Below are positions 37,271 through 40,024 of a stretch of DNA of 40,024 nucleotides, one piece after another. The translations under genes and the position numbers were made by a program. Positions within the stretch are counted from its first letter, which is position 1; the number at the start of each line of letters is the position of its first letter. The notes beneath the pieces are model-generated. The model saw only the letters and a program-made list of their open reading frames with translations, had not been told where the DNA came from and searched no databases. The DNA lies in contig JAPPOJ010000241.1 in NCBI GenBank assembly GCA_028817975.1, forward strand, positions 1 through 40,024, in the 5' to 3' direction. The DNA comes from Zetaproteobacteria bacterium (lineage in GTDB: Bacteria > Bdellovibrionota_B > Oligoflexia > Oligoflexales > Bog-1112).

Positions 37271-37302
37271 GTCATGATTCCTAGAAGCAAGAAGGTTAGA
37301 GA

Positions 37303-38028
37303 TTAGTCTGTACTCGCGTTGTGATGCACAGACTGGACATCATCGTTGTCTTCCAAGACACCTATCATTTTTTCCAGCGAAGCGGACTGAGCTTCATCAA
37401 TATCCGTGGTATTTTTGGCGATCATAGTGATTTCACAAAAATCTGGATCTGGAATCAACTGCTCACAAGCGGTGCGAATCGCCTGGAAGTCCTCCGGAGC
37501 ACACACCACCTCAACACTGTCCTGTTCATCTTTGACATCTTCCGCACCATTTTCAAGCGCTAATTCAAAAAAACGGTCAAAGTCATCCACCTTCTGACGC
37601 TCGTAGACAATCACTCCCTTACGTTCAAACATCCAGGCCACCGAGCCATCGGTGCCCAAATTGCCTCCAGCACGGCTAAAAGCATGCCGCACTTCACTCA
37701 CCGTGCGATTGACATTATCGGTCAGGCATTCGACAAACACCGCGACGCCACCTGGACCATACCCTTCGTAGGTCTTTTCCAGGTAATTCGCGCCATCGCC
37801 TTCGCCACTACCTTTTTTAATCGCCCGCTGGTAGTTGTCTTTAGGCATATTCGCGGCACGGGCTTTCGCCAAAGCCGCACGCAACCGCGGATTATCATCG
37901 GGGTTCGGCCCCCCCATACGGGCTGCCACAGTAATTTCAATCCCAATTTTGGTAAATATCTTACCCCGCTTTGCATCCTGAGCACCTTTACGGTGTTGAA
38001 TATTCTTCCACTTACTGTGTCCAGCCAT
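37303..38028 (-). CDS. yebC: YebC/PmpR-family transcriptional regulator.
   Basis: MAGHSKWKNIQHRKGAQDAKRGKIFTK is the canonical N-terminus. 241 aa. Confidence 0.9.
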   Translation of the reverse strand: MAGHSKWKNIQHRKGAQDAKRGKIFTKIGIEITVAARMGGPNPDDNPRLRAALAKARAANMPKDNYQRAIKKGSGEGDGANYLEKTYEGYGPGGVAVFVECLTDNVNRTVSEVRHAFSRAGGNLGTDGSVAWMFERKGVIVYERQKVDDFDRFFELALENGAEDVKDEQDSVEVVCAPEDFQAIRTACEQLIPDPDFCEITMIAKNTTDIDEAQSASLEKMIGVLEDNDDVQSVHHNASTD

Positions 38029-38060
38029 TTTAAACCCTTAATCCTACAGATACGCGTTAC

Positions 38061-38834
38061 TTAAAAGTGAAAATGCTTGATCTTTTCACCTTTGGTTCCT
38101 ATTTCAGTCATCGCTTCGATACCCACATCAATGTGAATATCGACATATTTACTTGAGACATGCTTGTCACTTGATTCTGTCTTCACACCTTCGGGAGTCA
38201 TAGGCTTATCGGATACCATAAGAAGGGCCCCTCTGGCAATATCATTTATGAACCCAACCGTAAAAATAGTCGCTGTCTCCATGTCAATCCCCGTCACCCG
38301 CATGCGATGGAGCTTCGCCTTGAACTCTTCGTCATGCTCCCAAACACGCCGGTTGGTGGTGTAGACGACCCCGGTACGATATTCCGTCCCAGATTCCACA
38401 ATCTTTTGCGACACAAATTTGTGTAACTTAAACGAGGGCAGTGCAGGAACCATGGGGTCGAGATAGTCATCGCTGGTTCCTTCGCCACGAATCGCCGCCA
38501 CCGGTAAAATAAAATGACCGATTTCAGTGGAACGCTTCGCCCCCCCACATTTGCCCAAAAAAAGCACCCCAGAGGGATTCACGGCGGTGAGCAAATCCAT
38601 GATAGTGGCTGCATTCGCCGAACCAATGCCAAAATTAATCATCGTCAGCCCCGCCGAATTGGTACAGGTCTGCATCGGACGGTTGATACCACGAATAGGG
38701 GCGCCAAACCGAGCACTAAACTTTTCCATATACTCGCTGAAGTTGGTGAGCAAAATATGCGAACCAAAATCCTCTAACTCGGTTCCGGTATATCGCGGCA
38801 GCCAGTTTTGCACAATCTCTTGCTTACTTTCCAT
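38061..38834 (-). CDS. Short AMP nucleosidase-like or nucleoside phosphorylase family (PNP_UDP_1) protein.
   Basis: INFGIGSANAATIMDLL...VLFLGKCGG...IDMETATIF resembles the catalytic domain of AMP nucleosidase. The ATG at 38834 is preceded by GGGGGAGAA. The track start at 38864 is less likely. Confidence 0.65.
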   Translation of the reverse strand: MESKQEIVQNWLPRYTGTELEDFGSHILLTNFSEYMEKFSARFGAPIRGINRPMQTCTNSAGLTMINFGIGSANAATIMDLLTAVNPSGVLFLGKCGGAKRSTEIGHFILPVAAIRGEGTSDDYLDPMVPALPSFKLHKFVSQKIVESGTEYRTGVVYTTNRRVWEHDEEFKAKLHRMRVTGIDMETATIFTVGFINDIARGALLMVSDKPMTPEGVKTESSDKHVSSKYVDIHIDVGIEAMTEIGTKGEKIKHFHF

Positions 38835-39070
38835 AAGACTTTCTCCCCCTAAGGTTCGTGGCACAGACAGCGTAGGACAACATATCCCTCACCCCTCATA
38901 GCTATTCTGCGACAAGCATTTTGTACACACCTCCGCATTCCCCGCTCATTCCGAGAGGTGCACCACATCTAGTACGCGAATCTTATGAATATTTTTGCAC
39001 ATATGCGAAGAAGTGAGCTACCATAGCTTTGATAAGCTCAACATCCTCAAGAAGAAAAGGGAGAGTAGCC

Positions 39071-40024
39071 TTGTTTCTGAGCCCATCCTTAACCACACAT
39101 TTACCCCCTCACTTTTGCCTGCGGATATGTCTCGTTGTTTTCTGCGCGTTCGCTCCGTTCGCCAGAGGCTTCGCGGCCGCACCTGCCTGGCCTCCACATC
39201 AGGAGAGTCGCGTGGCTATTCTGGGCGACAGTTACTCAACGGGTGCAGGACTGGTGGAAGGCTTTCACTACGAAGCGGACAGCTTTTGGCAGCACCTAAA
39301 ATCCCCACACCAGACTCCCTTCGAGCCTCTCGCTGCGGCGACAACCTACACCCAACAGCATCCGAGCGAGGGCCCGATTTGGCTGCCCTCTTCCCCACGC
39401 GAGTGGCAATCTGGCTTGTCGGCACTCACCTGGAGCTTCATGCGCAAGATAGCCACCGAGTTTATCGACGAGCCACGGCACAGCTGGGGCTACCTGTTGG
39501 CACGACGCTACGGCATCCCTACCCGCAACATCTGGATAGGAGCACAAGATGGCGCCACCACCGCGGACCTCTTATCCCAGATAGAACGACTGCTCCATTA
39601 TAACGAGCGTCAGTTGCCCTCGTATACCTTTGCGCTCTTTACCCTAGGTGGACTCTGCGCCTCTACCATTGCAGAGATTCAAGACGTACAGAGCTACCAA
39701 AACGAGATCCTCCGTGCCCTCAAATACCTATATATCAACACCACCCCCCGGAAGGACCACACCATCCCCAAAGTCTACCTGCTCAGCCCACTCAGCCTGC
39801 CCGCGATTCTCGGCAACCCGGCGATCCTTAACAAACAGGTCACCGCCCATGGCGAATCCGTCTCGTGCCAAGTTTTGCGCCAACGTTCTTTCCTCTCCCG
39901 GAAGGAAGACAGCTCACATCAACATCCCGAAAGCCAAATTTTCGGCCACATCCTGCCCCCGAACCCGGCCCATGACTGCCCGAGATTGACCGTACTCACA
40001 CTACCCCGACGCTATACCTCCAGC
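39071..40024 (+). CDS. Secreted GDSL/SGNH-like hydrolase. Partial: the C-terminus runs off the right window edge.
   Basis: The frame starting at 39071 stays open to the window end (hand-translated, no stops), so it is absent from the ORF track. The TTG start is preceded by GGGAGAG with a 5-nt spacer. A signal-like segment LRICLVVFCAFAPFARGFAAAP is followed by the block I motif VAILGDSYSTGAG. The later SGNH blocks are not clearly recognisable. Confidence 0.55.
   Translation, partial: MFLSPSLTTHLPPHFCLRICLVVFCAFAPFARGFAAAPAWPPHQESRVAILGDSYSTGAGLVEGFHYEADSFWQHLKSPHQTPFEPLAAATTYTQQHPSEGPIWLPSSPREWQSGLSALTWSFMRKIATEFIDEPRHSWGYLLARRYGIPTRNIWIGAQDGATTADLLSQIERLLHYNERQLPSYTFALFTLGGLCASTIAEIQDVQSYQNEILRALKYLYINTTPRKDHTIPKVYLLSPLSLPAILGNPAILNKQVTAHGESVSCQVLRQRSFLSRKEDSSHQHPESQIFGHILPPNPAHDCPRLTVLTLPRRYTSS

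Noticed and set aside
38995-39989. Track ORFs 38995-39603 (202 aa) and 39648-39989 (113 aa) on the + strand.
   Set aside because: Their translations are Arg/Pro/Ser/Thr-rich and low in complexity. They are alternative frames of the open GDSL-like reading frame that starts at 39071 and carries a signal peptide and a GDS motif.
1-40024. Window-wide scan for CRISPR repeats, tRNA T-arm signatures (GGTTCGAATCC-like), rRNA, IS terminal repeats, integrase or transposase ORFs, and toxin-antitoxin or defence-type gene pairs.
   Set aside because: I found none. All long ORFs are accounted for by housekeeping or metabolic functions, and no spaced direct repeats were seen.

Overview
This 40 kb window looks like bacterial core chromosome at roughly 50% GC. 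I found no IS elements, integrases, CRISPR arrays, tRNA or rRNA genes, or recognisable defence genes. Taxon cannot be assigned from sequence alone.

Gene content, left to right:
- A partial type-2 IPP isomerase, open at the left edge.
- A 1263-aa single ORF that fuses a complete type IA (Topo III-like) topoisomerase to a complete RecQ helicase.
- A secreted thermolysin/fungalysin-like Zn protease.
- A monocistronic rpsD.
- A DnaC/DnaI-like AAA+ loader with a DnaJ-type zinc finger, plus a translationally coupled unknown ORF.
- A complete Na+-NQR operon: nqrABCDEF-apbE-nqrM.
- folB followed by a short UvrA paralogue.
- A NapH-like polyferredoxin plus a membrane-anchored FNR/2Fe-2S reductase.
- An M16 insulinase-type lipoprotein peptidase.
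- A ferritin-like di-iron protein.
- tex and ndk.
- A three-subunit acyl-CoA carboxylase operon followed by pgpA.
- trmH, yebC and a short AMP-nucleosidase-like gene.
- A GDSL/SGNH-like hydrolase, open at the right edge.

The ORF track omits the two edge-truncated genes.

Most notable observations:
1. The covalent Topo IA-RecQ fusion, a candidate single-chain dissolvasome.
2. An unannotated, about 187-nt rod-shaped structured RNA on the + strand at 25809-25995. A consensus-like sigma70 promoter sits exactly upstream, and the architecture resembles 6S RNA.
3. A UvrA paralogue that lacks the insertion domain.

The rest of the window is ordinary housekeeping sequence.
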